Counted from the whole stretch's first letter, positions 25,912-38,198 are shown. The stretch: 63,995 nt of DNA, filler included, from Catajapyx aquilonaris (GCA_000934665.2; 3 parts of 3 records of this genome joined end to end with filler, not necessarily neighbours in it); one strand, 5' to 3'. Numbers and translations: made by a program. Notes: generated by a model not told the origin, from the sequence alone.

Positions 25912-26039
25912 GGTAGCTGCATCAGAATGAGTGTAACTGTCTCATGGATGTCAGCCTCCAACACAAATCTTCAGTTGCTTCTTCAATCCACCGAAAATGT
26001 GAAACTTACAAGTCTAAAGGTCTGGACTGTAAGGAGTAT

Positions 26040-26146
26040 GTACTATATCGTTCAAAAACATAGAGACGATTTTGCATTTGATTCAAGTGCAGGCTGCACT
26101 TGAGTCAAATGCAAAATCGTCTCTATGTTTTTGATCGATATAGTAC
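26040..26146. mobile_element. 107-bp near-perfect hairpin MITE inside the mariner relic
   Basis: GTACTATATCG...CGATATAGTAC with ~52-bp arms and a 3-nt loop. Confidence 0.8.
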
Positions 26147-26549
26147 CTTTAATCCTTTCATTTCAATAGTGTTTCCACAGTCACATTAGCTTTATGAGGT
26201 CGCATATTGTCATGCAACAAGATGACACCCCTTGACGATAAACCACGGCACCTGTTCTTCATTGCCTGGTGCAGGTTTTGCAGTGTGGTACAACAACGGG
26301 CAGCATTGGCAGTATCCCCATATTCAGCATATTCAATCAGCAATGGACCCTCACTATCAAAAATGTTGAAGGCTGACGTTCAGGAGGCAGTTTTTTTTTT
26401 TTTTTCTAACCCCGTGCTATGCATGAAGGGCCTCTTTGGGGGGGGGGTGGCACACCACCATCAGTTTTCTGAATCACTTTTTCTCTCCGGTGCAAGGGAA
26501 GGATAGGGATATGAGGGAGGGACACTGGTGCTAGTGCATTGTCTATATG

Positions 26550-26838
26550 TTGGGGGTCGTGTGCAGTCCCTCAGGGGGCCTGTTCGCCATAGATGACCCC
26601 CTAGGTGCGGGATCTGAACCCCCCACAGACCTCGCACCTCCTCAGGTATGGGACAAGGATAGGAAGGGAAGGAAGCGGCTGTGGCCTGTTATTACGAAAA
26701 CAACTCCGGGATTTCCCTGGAGGGACCGTGGGAAACCACAGAAAATCACGGTCAGAGTTGCTGGTACCGGGAATCGAACCCAGGACCTCCCGATTAGCAG
26801 CCGGATACCAAATCCCCTCCGCTACCACTGCTTCGGTT
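26550..26838 (-). mobile_element. tRNA-derived SINE family B, longest copy
   Basis: Head GCAGTGGTAGCGGAG...GGTTCGATTCC on the minus strand; shared core with 5325 and 51853 copies. Confidence 0.8.
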
Positions 26839-28579
26839 CCAGGAGGCAGTTGTACTAATTCTGACACAGCAAGCATAATACTTCTACGAGTGTGGAATCA
26901 TCAGGCTTGTTTGTCACGGGACAAATGCCTCAATTCTGGTGGTGACTTTTTTTGACATAAAGGTAATCCTTTTCATCATTATCACTTTGGCTCACTTTCA
27001 TTTGACTCAGTCTTACATAAATCTACCTGAAACACCACTGAAAAAATTTCAGCTAGAAAAAAAAAACTACTACTGGAGGAGTGATATGATGTGAATCTTT
27101 CACATTCAAATCAGGTACAAATGAGGCCCAAGTCACAATACAGGTCACTTTTCTGTTTCTTGCCTACAATCAATGTAGAAAATGTCATGTAACTTAAAGT
27201 TTCATTTGTCAAGCAATGATAGATTATTACAGATTTTTTCAAGATGCCAATTTCTCATTAAAATGGAAGTGATCCTTCAAGTACAAATTTCAAGGGTTGA
27301 ATGAAAATGAAAGATATGAAAAGTGAATAAAATTTTCAAAAACTGGCTCACACAACTTCACTTGAAGATTTGTGCATTCGTATGGTACTCTTAACGTCAG
27401 TGTTTTTTCTTAGGTGGGGTGTGGGGCAAACAGTAGCTGTGTCAAGACAGTGGTGCCCTTTCAGATATGCACCAAGGAGGAGCAAAAAGATTGTTTTTCA
27501 ACTTTGTGCATCAAAGAGACAAAACCTATGTCAATTTATTGAAGAATGCAGACATAATGTAATATTGATCTGCCAATTACCTCCTAGTTATGTGTCTGAA
27601 TTAAGTGTAGAAAAATTCCAGGACCTTTAAAGTGGTCTGAGAGATGCACTGCACCAGGCTACAAAAAATAAAGCAGTCACAGAGAATTTTTTATACCCCA
27701 TCCATGTTGCACTTGGATATTGCATTAAATTTTGATGCTTTTTGTGCACAAAATATAATTTTCTGCTTCTCCTTCATATGCTGTCTGTCTCACACTCCCC
27801 CTATCAACAAACTTGTCTAGTTATGGGTACTGTATGAATCTGCAACTCTTCCTCTCAAACAGCATCCCAAACACTTCATTATAAAAACACTTTCTCACTT
27901 TCACAAAAACTCTTTGCTCCTTCTTCAGAATATTTGAAGGGACACCACCACCTTTGTACAGCTACTGTCCAACTCACACTATCTATTGACAACTCAAAGA
28001 CATATGTGCAGTATTGGATAAAACTGCCTTGTAGCCTGGCAAGCAACGCCCAGCGACCAGGCAAGTGGGCACAGGTGGAAGTCTGCATGAATCAATTTGT
28101 GCTCACACATGCTTCCACCCGTGACCAAACGTGCACTGCTTGCCAGGGTGCAGGGCAGTTTTTTTCCAGCACTGTACCATGTGAGTACACAAATGTCTCA
28201 ACTGGCATCCAAAACAGAAGGTATTTAAAAGTTATACCTTATACAGCACACCCTGCCCTATATCAGCATGCTGATATATGATTATTTCTAAAATAATTAT
28301 TCAACCCACTACTACTGTATCAGAATACTGCTATAGACAGGATATAATAGAATCCCAACAATATGTGCTTCATTATCAAGACCCAGCTGGCCAAAACATA
28401 TGTACCACTGATAAGTGAAGTTTCTGTATATTGGCCCATCCTCAAAAATTCTGCCTTAAAAAAACACAATATGACATGACTACAAACTTGCAGGTGAATA
28501 AAAACCACTCAAAAAAGAGGCGCAAATTGAAATGAATAAAAAAACCAAGGCTACAACCATCAAATTAGATTTTACCCAC

Positions 28580-29150
28580 CTTTCTATCTCAAATCCCTGT
28601 TCTGCTGTGGGAGATGGCACCACAAATGATTTTGACCTCAAATGACCCCCACTTCTTCCAAGACCAAAGTTGTCCTTAATTGAAGAGGCCTTCACACTCT
28701 GTCTCCTCAGCTTCTTGATCATATCACGGCGGAAGTCCTTGTACATCAGGGTCTCCAACTCTTTCAAACGATTCATCTCCTGCTCAATGGCACTGTGTGG
28801 TGCCCCCTGTGTCCTCAATTCACTAATGATCTTGGTTTGTTCTGTCATCTCTTTCTCAATAAGGCGAGACCTTCGTTTGGCATCAATGGAAGGGTCGAAC
28901 ACAAATGGTGGAAGGCTGTCCATTGTGGGACGTCTCCTGAGCATGACTGACTCTTGAGACAACCCTATAGTGTCAGCCTGCTCACCTTCTTCACTGGTGT
29001 ATTCAAGGCCAACACCCTCATCCTCTTCTTCACCAGTTAGCATAGTCAAGGTGTGACCCAGAGCAGAGAGGTGTTTCCCCAGGTTGACATCCAGGTGAAT
29101 GTCAACACCATCCATCTTCCACTGCACATTCAGAAACCATTTGGCATTTT
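28580..29150 (-). CDS. BLTP1: BLTP1/tweek exon
   Basis: cttcctcAG|AA AAT GCC...GAA AG|GTgggt, phase 1/2. ENAKWFLNVQWKMDGVDIHLDVNLGKHLSALGHTLT...DFRRDMIKKLRRQSVKA is KIAA1109-like. Confidence 0.92.
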
Positions 29151-29371
29151 CTGAGGAAGATTTGTTCACATTCATAATTACATATTCAGATTATATTCCC
29201 TGTCTATCGTATGCATATTAGTCTGAAACTTTTGTGCTCTCTATGTGCAACAGAAAAAAAAGAACTTGTTGCAGGCAGTATTTTCATGGAATACAAATTT
29301 TTCATTCTATACTTAATCCAAATGCCCACGATTTGTGTAAGGCTCCAGGTGGATAATAACATTCATAATAC

Positions 29372-30143
29372 ATGGGCTGTGTCAAAAGTCATTGCATGTA
29401 TTTTTTAAATTCAAAAACCATAACACAATCATATAAAGATGATCTTTGCTCAGTTTCGAAGCTCCAGCGATTACAATTTGATCTGGTATAAAGATGTCAC
29501 TCATATCACAAGGGAGGGGCGGGAAACAAAAGGACATCACGACCTCCCACCGCACCATCGCCCTAAACAGCCCAAGCCTGACGCGCTTGGAGGGGGACAG
29601 TTCTTTACGAGGTTCTTTCATCGAAGTCCCGGTTATTTTCGGCTGTGGTGCCATTGCGATCATCCATGAGCAGTTGCTGAGAGCTATAGGTGTCATCGGT
29701 ACTCTACCACTGCCCACAGTAACATTGGCCAAAGATTTCAACAGAGGGCGAAAGACAGCTTCGACCATGCAGATAGTGTAGACCTCCACAGCAGCTTTCC
29801 ATCTCTGGAGCCATTGAATGTTGCATATCTTTCAGAGTCCTGCGCATAGTGCGCTGACTTGTCTCACACTCAAAATCAAGCTCCTGTGTTGTCCATCTCA
29901 AGTTTCCTGCATACAGTGTCCAACAGCTCCAATCGCGTCATGCTCGGAGAGTTTTAGGGTGACCATGCGGTGAGAGGTCGTGATCCCCTTTTGTGTCCCG
30001 GCCCCCCCTTGCGATATGGGCAACATCTATATACCAGATCAAATTGTAATTGCTGGAGCTTCAAAACTTAGCAAAGATCATCTTTCTATGTGTTACCGTT
30101 TTTGAATTAAAATATACGCGCAATGACTTTTGACTGAACCCAC
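29372..30143 (-). mobile_element. Tc1-derived non-autonomous element with ~200-bp TIRs
   Basis: Arms 29372-~29570 and ~29950-30143 are inverted. The interior encodes an HTH_Tnp_Tc3-like remnant RWTTQEL...SQRTMRRTL. Confidence 0.7.
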
Positions 30144-30840
30144 ATAATATAAGAATACTTGGATTTATTGGCCGACAGATTTATTGATTTGTTGGCTGAA
30201 TATTTATACCTCTGATGACATCTCTATACAGGGTTATCCAAAGTACTTGTCTGATTGCTAGGCCTATTTGCTTGCCTATATGTTTGCACTAAACAACTTA
30301 TTTTTAGCAGTTAATTTTGCATAGTCATTTTAATAGTTATCAAAAGTATTAACTTCTAATATTATGCAAATTGAATCATCCATTCAAGCTGTGAATGGCA
30401 ACGTACCATTAGGAATGCCAACATAAACTACACCTTTTTGTAGATCACATGACAAGTGGACCCACACACCTCGAGTGGTTGCCCAAGGAGCAGGATATGA
30501 GAGTGATAATAATCAATACTGTTGAGAATTTGTAAGGTAGCCTCTTTAGTAGTAGTGATCATAACACTCATATCCTGCTCCCTAGGCAACCACTATAAGG
30601 TGAGTGGGTCTATCTTCCAGGCGATCTCTCTACAAGGTGTCGGTTGTTGCTGCATGCATCTGGTCCTCTACCTTGTTTACCAGGCGACTTTTCTCCCCCC
30701 TACAGATTTGACTTGGTCTTGGCCAACAAGTATACTGTTGGCCAGACAACATGAGTTAGTAAGAATTAACACCCTGTACATAGAGATGCTGCAAAAAACT
30801 TCATCATTAGTGTGTGTTCACATTGTCATAAGCAACTTAC

Positions 30841-31243
30841 CATCCCCAACACGGTGCCTGGCAATAGTCCTGCTGCAGACCTCATATGTCCCCTCAGACA
30901 CCACACACAAATTCATAATATTTGGATCACTCATGTCTGGTTTCCAGTCATCCAGCCCGATCTCAAAGTCATCAGCAAATCGTAAACACAGGCCAACAAA
31001 CTTCGCCTTGCTGACAAGTGACCCAGAACTGCAGGCAAGAATGCTGGTACTCTCCAAGGTGACAACTACAGCATTCTTGCTCTCAAAGTCACATGCAGGT
31101 CGGCCAGCCCCCCAGCGAGCCCTTGAACAGGGGTTGAGGGGAAGGCATATGCCCATGTCATCCACTGTCAGCTGGAGGAACAAGGTACCAAGGCCCTGGG
31201 AGCTCAGCTGACCAAACTGACCAAATGGGACCTTCTCAAACAC
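30841..31243 (-). CDS. BLTP1: BLTP1/tweek exon
   Basis: aacAG|GTG TTT...GAT G|GTaagt, phase 0/1. Encodes GTLFLQLTVDDMGICLPL...ACSSGSLVSKAKFVGLCLRFADDFE...MNLCVVSEGTYEVCSRT. Confidence 0.93.
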
Positions 31244-31759
31244 CTGTTAAAAAGAAAGTTGACAATAGAATGAAAACAGTGCTACTGTCTTCTCCGAGTC
31301 GCATTTTTTTTCAATCTCTGCTGGAAACTATAAGTATTAATGAGAGAATAATCACGTAACATGTTGCATTGATACAGTGAAACCTGTATAGAGTGGAATT
31401 GCATGGAACATCAGAGACAAGTATCACAAGTATAAAATTATTTTAAAATCAAGATATGTGTAATGCAGTAGTTCATCCCAGGGCAGATAATAATGTGCAT
31501 GTGTCAGCATGTAAATAAGGGCAAAAACCCTGATATTAAATTAGAAATGTTAATTGCATGTTTATTAATCAACATCAATTATGAAGGTCACTACGAAAGT
31601 TTTGAGATGTGGGAAACTGGTACTTCGCCCACGTAAATTGAATGCATCACAGCATAGGCCCATCCTTTGTGAGTAAACTAGTATCAGATAGCATCCAGTT
31701 TCCTCACTTACATTCCAGCAATACAACCGTAAACAAGTCCGCGCACGGTGACAGCCATT

Positions 31760-32270
31760 TGCAGCAGTGCAGCTGGAAAAAAATCACTTTTGCGAGCTGA
31801 TTCGTATGATTTTAAAAACTGATTAAATGAGTCCCACAGACTTGAGCATTTGCAACAGACACTTGGGGCCCTTGCTCCTTCCCGTGAAACAATTTATCTG
31901 TGGTTTCAATATTTTAAAAGATGAAGAACTTCACTGAATCAGTGAGCATCCGGAAATTGCAGGGACTGAGATAACATCATCGCTGTGGAAAGAACGGTCC
32001 CCAAAAATGATCGCTTTGCATTTAAGGATACTGAGACAGCATTACAGATTAGATTCCCGGCAGTGTCCAAAATCCTGCACAATTATCTTCGCATCAGGAA
32101 GGTTTCCTCTTGATGGGTACCTTACAGTTTGAAAATGAATGGTGCGAAAAAATGCTCACCAGAATCGATGCAAGAAACTCTAGACAGGGTTTTGACATCG
32201 TTCCTGATTACGAAACCTGGACTTGTCAGTTTGCCACCGAAAATAAACATCAGTAGACAGTGTGGATCAG
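31760..32270 (+). mobile_element. Decayed mariner transposase (N-terminal half)
   Basis: Reads KILHNYLRIRKVSS*WVPYSL (WVPHEL motif) and IVPDYETW (IVTGDETW motif). Confidence 0.75.
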
Positions 32271-32664
32271 TCCTATGCAACTCTCTGATACGGTAGTGTA
32301 ATATATAAGTCTCCGCCTTGGCGCTGCAGGCGCTCCAACGATACCCCAGTCACACTCGGGTGGCTGGTGGGTGGATCTGCAGCTCGATTCCGTGATACTG
32401 TGCGGTGCATGCGGTGTGTCGGGATTAAAAAGGCCAGAGGCCTTGGCCTTGTTTAGGTTTCCTAGCCATCCCGAGAGAGCCCTGCAGTGGTTTAGGTTTT
32501 GTTTTTGTTAGGTTTGGATTGGTTCAGAACAGTTCAGAAGGCGACAAGGCGTCTGCCCGAGTGTCCTTGGGTCCCCGATTGAGTGCCGCCAGCGCCAAAT
32601 CATAGGCTGACGGAACCTTTTATATTAAACTATCGTCACCATAGAATGTAATTAATGTAATTGT

Positions 32665-34100
32665 AATGGTGTAGTTCCTAGGGATTGGAGGGATGCTATT
32701 ATAGTACCTCTGTATAAGGGCAAGGGAGATGTGTGTGACTGCAAGAATTATCGTGGCATTAGTTTGTTAAGTGTACCAGGGAAAGTGTATGCTAAGGTTT
32801 TGATAGAAAGAGTTGAAGGGACACTCCACTCAAAATACAAGTTGGGTTCTAAAAATCGGGCAAAAAATCCTGATTCCGAGGGTATAAGCAGTTTTTCTTA
32901 GAGACGAACGGTAAGGCCAGTGTGAAAGCTGCAAGTGTGTCGTTCGAAAACCACGCGGGGGGCGGTGGGTGCAGGTGGCGACGCCACTAGAGTGGAACCG
33001 GGCGGAACTAGACCAGGCACGCCTGGCGCGGCAGGTGTTTACTGTGCGCGTTATACTTCTCCGGTTTGACGCGGGATGGTGCTGTATCGCCCTTCCTAGC
33101 AGACGACGTGTGTAGATATATGATTTTCCGTGATTTTCCGTGTTACCGTTGGGCGTAGAAAAAACCGATTGCACATTCGGAATCAGAATTTTTTGCCCGA
33201 TTTTTGGGGGCCAACTTGTATTTTGAGTGGAGTGTCCCTTTAAGAGGGTCAGAAGTCAGAGAATACTGGATATTCAGAGTGGGTTTATGTCGGGTAAGAG
33301 TTGTGTAGATCAGATATTCTGTATGAGACTCGTGATAGAAAAGTATTTAGCTGTAAACAAGAAGGTTTTTGTTGCCTTTGTAGACTTAGAGAAAGCATAT
33401 GACACAGTAAGCAGGGAAGGTTTGTGGGAAGTTCTGAGTCTCTATGGAGTGAAGGGCTGCCTGTTGGAGGCTGTAAAGTCATTATATGAAGAGAGTAGAG
33501 CTTGTGTTAGAACTAGTGGGGGTTTCTCTGACTGGTTTAACATTAGTGTTGGGGTTAAGCAGGGTTGTGTCATGTCTCCCTGGTTATTTAACTTGTACTT
33601 AGATGCATGTGTAAGGGAAGCTATGGTTGAAGGTGTAGGAGTGCAGTTTGGTGATGAGTTAGTTAGTCACTTGCTGTATGCAGATGATTCTGCCCTTATG
33701 GCGGAGAGTGAGGCTGATTTACAGTTGATCCTAGGCACGTTAGATAATGTTTGTGAAAAGAGGGGTATATGAGGATTAACGTAGATAAGACTAAGGTATT
33801 GGTATTTGAGAGGGGACAGCAAGTTTTTCCTTGTATGTTGCAGGTACGAGGAAAACTGGTTGAGCAGGTCAACCAGTTTGTATACTTGCGTAGTGTCCTT
33901 GAGAGTAATGGTAGAATTGATGGGAAAATAGACAGGAGAGTTAGTTCTGGGTTGAAAGTAATAGGTGCCACAAGTAAGTTTTCTAGAAATAAGGACTTAT
34001 CTTCCGCCTGTAGGTTGTCTGTCTATTCTCACGTTATTGTTCCTTCACTTATGTATGGTAGTGAAGCGTGGGTTCGGTCAGATAGGCATAAGAGTAATCA
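32665..34100 (+). mobile_element. RTE-type LINE reverse transcriptase fragment
   Basis: VPRDWRDAIIVPLYKGKGDVCDCKNYRGISLLSVPGKVY...QSGFMSGKSCVDQIF...FVDLEKAYD...GVKQGCVMSPWLFN...LLYADD, frameshift near 33770, then YGSEAW. Confidence 0.9.
32817..33239. mobile_element. Kolobok-like non-autonomous DNA transposon inserted in the RT
   Basis: TIR AGGGACACTCCACTCAAAATACAAGTTGG; TSD TTGA/TTAA. Removing it restores the RT frame (ERVKRVRSQRILDIQSGF). Confidence 0.8.
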
Positions 34101-34506
34101 AAATGATTTTATGTATTTTATTTTTTGCGTATCTCAAAACTTTGGTAGTGACTCTCGTATAAAGGTTCCCATTTACAGAGGTAAAGATAGCTTCAGCTAA
34201 AATCACAATTTCACGAATAACATATGTGTGTTCCGCAAGACAGGTCTGTTTCGCTACAGAAGGCAAACCCACACATTTTGATAAGATTGTTTGGGCAAAA
34301 GAACTTGATGGAAAACATGACCTAATGACAATGTGCAAATGTCCCTTTTTGGTAGGACAACAAAGTTGACCTTATAGGTTTCATAGTAGTAAAGGGCGCT
34401 GTAGAAAGTATAACCCCATAATTAGGCTACATAGGAATTTACATGTTGCCTGTTATATGTGATATGTACTAGAGAAACTCCATAATCATAATTGCAAAAT
34501 CCTGAC

Positions 34507-34718
34507 CTGTTGTGTGGCTGCAAGCACTTCCTTGTTGAGGTTGCTTCTTTGCTCATTCCAATACTCATAGGCATTCTTGTAATTGAGCCACACCATTATA
34601 GCACGATCCACTGCCTGTGGCTGGATGTAGATCAATGGTCGATTCAAGGTAATGAGAACCACCTCTTTCTCCTCTGAGTCTGATGAAGCCATCTCATCTT
34701 GAAAGGCATTCCTCAAAC
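34507..34718 (-). CDS. BLTP1: BLTP1/tweek exon
   Basis: tgtAG|GT TTG...CAG|GTcagg, phase 1/0. Encodes LRNAFQDE...VLITLNRPLIYIQPQAVDRAIMVWLNYKNAYEYWNEQR. Confidence 0.93.
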
Positions 34719-35089
34719 CTACAATAAAATTGTTGCTTTAAATCTCAAGCTTAAAACTAAAAAAAGTTGAATGGAATGAAGATAGGCCTACTCAAAATTC
34801 TGATAGAGGTTGCAACAACCTAGCAATCATGGCACATCTACAATATATGTCACATCTTCAGAAAACATACAAGAAACAAAATAATTCTGGAAAATCGACC
34901 TATACCAATTCACATGACACTGAAGTTATGTGCTTCGCATGTTATATGTAACTCAAAACACTACTGAACAAGAAGTGACTTGTGACAACTAATAATAATA
35001 ATAATGGATACCCCGTGATAAGCCTCCTTGGGCTTTTTAGGGGATCATCTTTTAATTGACGGACTTTAATCATTGCCTTTGCTGTGATG

Positions 35090-35243
35090 GATTTTGATAG
35101 TGGGAGGAAACAGAAGAACCCAGAGAAAATCCACACGAAAACGGGGAGAACCCATCAAAACTCGATCCACATAAGTATCCTGTCTGATCCGGGGATCGAA
35201 CTCGGGACCTTAGAGGTGGAACCACTCTGCCACCGTGCCGCCC
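35090..35243 (-). mobile_element. tRNA-headed V-domain-like SINE
   Basis: Minus strand reads GGGCGGCACGGTGGCAGAGTGG...GTTCGATCCC...GTTCTCCCCGTTTTCGTGTGGATTTTCTCTGGGTTCTTCTGTTTCCTCCCAC, resembling the V-SINE central domain. Confidence 0.65.
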
Positions 35244-35368
35244 ACTAACTTGTGATAACTATTGTAAATATGATCCCTTCAGTTTGTATACATTGAAAAA
35301 AGGAACAATGCTCCACACCTCTACCTTTTCAATGTAGTACAGTATTGTGATGATTAAAATGCACTCAC

Positions 35369-35741
35369 TAATCCTGGTCTTGAAGAAGGCAAACTCCTGA
35401 TACTCTGGCTCAGCCTCTTCAAACACAGTGTTCCTGTTAAGCTGGCCCAAGCTGAGATTAATTTCCACATGTGCTTTTCCAAACAGCTTAACCTGCCTGC
35501 TGGAATGAGGCACCCTGGACACATTCTGAACACGGTTAGACAGCTGAAACTCCACTATTCCAGTTTCCAGTCTAACAGCCGAGTTGGTCGGGGTGGTGGC
35601 TGTTATTTGTATGCCCTTAAGACGAACTACTAATGCAAAAAGGAGGTGGCGAGGTGTTCCAGAGAGTTCCTCACTGTCATCCAACCAGAGGGGGACTGGT
35701 TTGTCACCACCAGACATCTTTTGGACCACTTCATTTACTTC
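35369..35741 (-). CDS. BLTP1: BLTP1/tweek exon
   Basis: tttAG|GAA GTA AAT...ATT A|GTgagt, phase 0/1. Encodes EVNEVVQKMSGG...GIQITATTPTNSAVRLETG...FFKTRI. Confidence 0.93.
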
Positions 35742-37525
35742 CTAAATAAGAAGACAAAGTACAAAATATTATCATCAAATTTCATGGTCATTGTGCATTT
35801 TTAAAATGTTAAAAATTACGATGACTTGATATTTTTTGAAGATTAAAATTTCTTTGAGCTTCAAGAGAGAAATATGTTTAAGTTGCAACATTTTCAAAAT
35901 CGTCGACATTCCCATCACCACTACTTTTTGTGCCTTTTCATACATTGAAAACCGTGTGAAATGTTATCCACAATATACAATCTTGCAGAGATTTATACAA
36001 ATTCCACATACAAACTGGATAAGGGCAGATAGCCCAGACCTTTTGAGTGGGACGTCAACAGTGAGAAATCTTGATTTTCAAATAAGAAAAAACTGGGCAT
36101 GTGTGTCATGTAGTGTCATTCCAACCACACCATATGAGAATGCGGCCGTCAAAGGTGGCTATCTTCGCCAAACGCTATTCCGAGAAAATGCCCATTTTGT
36201 AGATTCAATTTGTATGGCTGTAAATGGGATTTCCAGATTTCATCCTCTTGTTATGACTCAAAAAACAAAAAAAATCATTTCGATCTGGCTCTTTAGCTCG
36301 TTAGGTGCCTCATTACTTAAAGATTTTAATGGTAGTGTTAACTCAAAAATGACAAAAATGGAACGCTTTTGGCACGCAGCTGTTCCTGAAATATCCTTAT
36401 GGGTTGCCTTGGCAGCCCGTTCGTACACACAGATCGCAGTTAGTCATACTGCAAGTAGTACTGCATGATGCCGTTTTCTTTTGCGATTGTTTAGACCCTT
36501 GCAAAGCACGGGTTTGCTGCTGCATCTCATATTTTTTTCTCGTTTGTTTCTTTATTAAGTGTGTCTCCATGGACACTGGGAGGGCAGGGAGTGGGTGGGG
36601 GGCATGGAAAGGGCGCCAAGGCAATCATTCTCTGAGCAACCCTCACCCTCTCATGGTCATCAGCTTCCTATTTTGCCTGCTTGGTGGTGGGGCCTGGTGG
36701 GGCTGACAGGGTGGGAGGGAGGGAGGGAGGGAGGGAGGGAGGGAGGTAGTGGGGGAGCACTCAAGGTGGGGGTGGGGTGGGGGGGCTTACGCAAAGGTGG
36801 CGACCCATCCAAGTACTACCCGGTCCCGACATTACTTAACTTCGGTGATCAGATGCAGCTCAGGAAGCTCCCTCCAAACCAAATAAATAATTAATTTTCG
36901 GCATTCAGACTCAAAAAGTGTGGTTTTCGGACTTTTCCTGGAATCAGTGACACGTATTACATCAGTGTACCAAGTTACAGGGCTCCTAGTACTCCGGAAG
37001 TGGGTTAAATAGCCGTGACATACATGAATGAATACCAACAAAGTTCGTGCTTTATATCTATAGAGATGCTGCGGAGGATCTTCGATAATAAAAAGCGTCG
37101 TGTCGTGTCGCATTCCAGTGCATATGGAGGTCGTTGGAGGTTAACCCTAGCATTTATTGAATTGTGCTACATTCAGATGAACCAAGGTAGCTTTAAAATC
37201 AAACATCACGTTTCTAGAGAGAGTGGTAAGAAAAACATAGTAGATTCTTTGGGGGGACTACCTAGTGAAACACCCTGTATTTTTTGCCCATTAACAGGGG
37301 AAAACGAGAAGCCAGATGCATGAATCTGGTTATCCCTGGTCACCCCTTAATGTGATCAAGACTGTGAAGAATTGTATTGTAACTGATGGAAAACCGTTCA
37401 AATTTCACTCAGTTATATTTTCCTACCTTTCTGAGATTGACATGACATTGTAAGCACAGATAGGATATCACAGGAAAACTTAGATTATTCCGCAGCAAAG
37501 CTTATTTAACTTGAATCCTATTATT

Positions 37526-38010
37526 GAAGCGCCCGGGCCCACGGGCAGGATGACAGGAGGGGATGTGCAAGTGCAGTGCATCTGACGTGTGGCCATTTTT
37601 AGTGAGCTCCCCCGGGTGGTTTAGTCTGTAGGAAATACCCCCCGAGACGAAGCCAGAGGTGACCGACCTCTGCACGAGATGAAGGGGGTGTCCCCGGGCT
37701 GGGATCGAACCCGGGACCTTAACCTGTTGAGGGCCAGGTTTTCTTTTCAATTGCAAGCCCCCACACCCCGAGTTTTTTTTTTTTTTCCAAATTCAGGCGA
37801 TAAAAATGAGTGACCAGACCTTAGTATTCTTAGGCAGCTTTGTAAGTGCGTTGCCCCAGGTAGGATTTTCCGCCGTGTCCTCACACCAATGCAATGAATT
37901 TCAAAGGTGTCGAGTCCTGAGGCACGTCTTTCCTCGGCAGTCATATGACTTCCGTGGCCCTCAACAGGTTAACATCCGTAGGCGCGCACGTTACCGCGGC
38001 ACCACTCCGT
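37526..38010 (-). mobile_element. SINE family C copy interrupted by a piggyBac-type MITE
   Basis: Homologous to 47630-47862 on both sides of the insertion. Confidence 0.8.
37723..37968. mobile_element. piggyBac-type MITE, 246 bp
   Basis: TTAA|CCTGTTGAGGGCCA ... TGGCCCTCAACAGG|TTAA. Confidence 0.85.
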
Positions 38011-38076
38011 CTCCCCGCTTGTACATAAACTATTCGCACATAGGGATCCTGCAGGACTTATGAATTTAATTCTTAC

Positions 38077-38198
38077 CTTCATAAACACTTTTTGAACAAA
38101 TACGAGGTGGTTCAGCAAATCAGTCGTGAGGCAGTGCTCAAATGTTCCAATTTCTGCCACAGAACTCAAGTAACTGCCATGTCTGAGTACCACACCAT
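38077..38198 (-). CDS. BLTP1: BLTP1/tweek exon
   Basis: tttAG|AT GGT...AAG|GTaaga, phase 1/0. Encodes GSYLSSVAEIGTFEHCLTTDLLNHLVFVQKVFMK. Confidence 0.92.

Larger units (their letters stand above)
23228..27017 (-). mobile_element. Decayed mariner element hosting nested insertions
   Basis: TA-flanked TIRs (…AGTCAAATGAAAGTGAGCCAA at ~23236 and its reverse complement at ~26985-27008). Transposase motifs GVILLHDNMRPH (26158-26343) and QLPRDFYESGITRFVCLWDKC (~23300-23380). Confidence 0.8.

Noticed and set aside
30522..31211. 229-aa plus-strand ORF
   Set aside because: It is the antisense shadow of a BLTP1 exon plus intron, with no recognisable domain.
35836..36468. 210-aa plus-strand ORF in a BLTP1 intron
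   Set aside because: It has a non-ATG start, no recognisable motif and no splice support.
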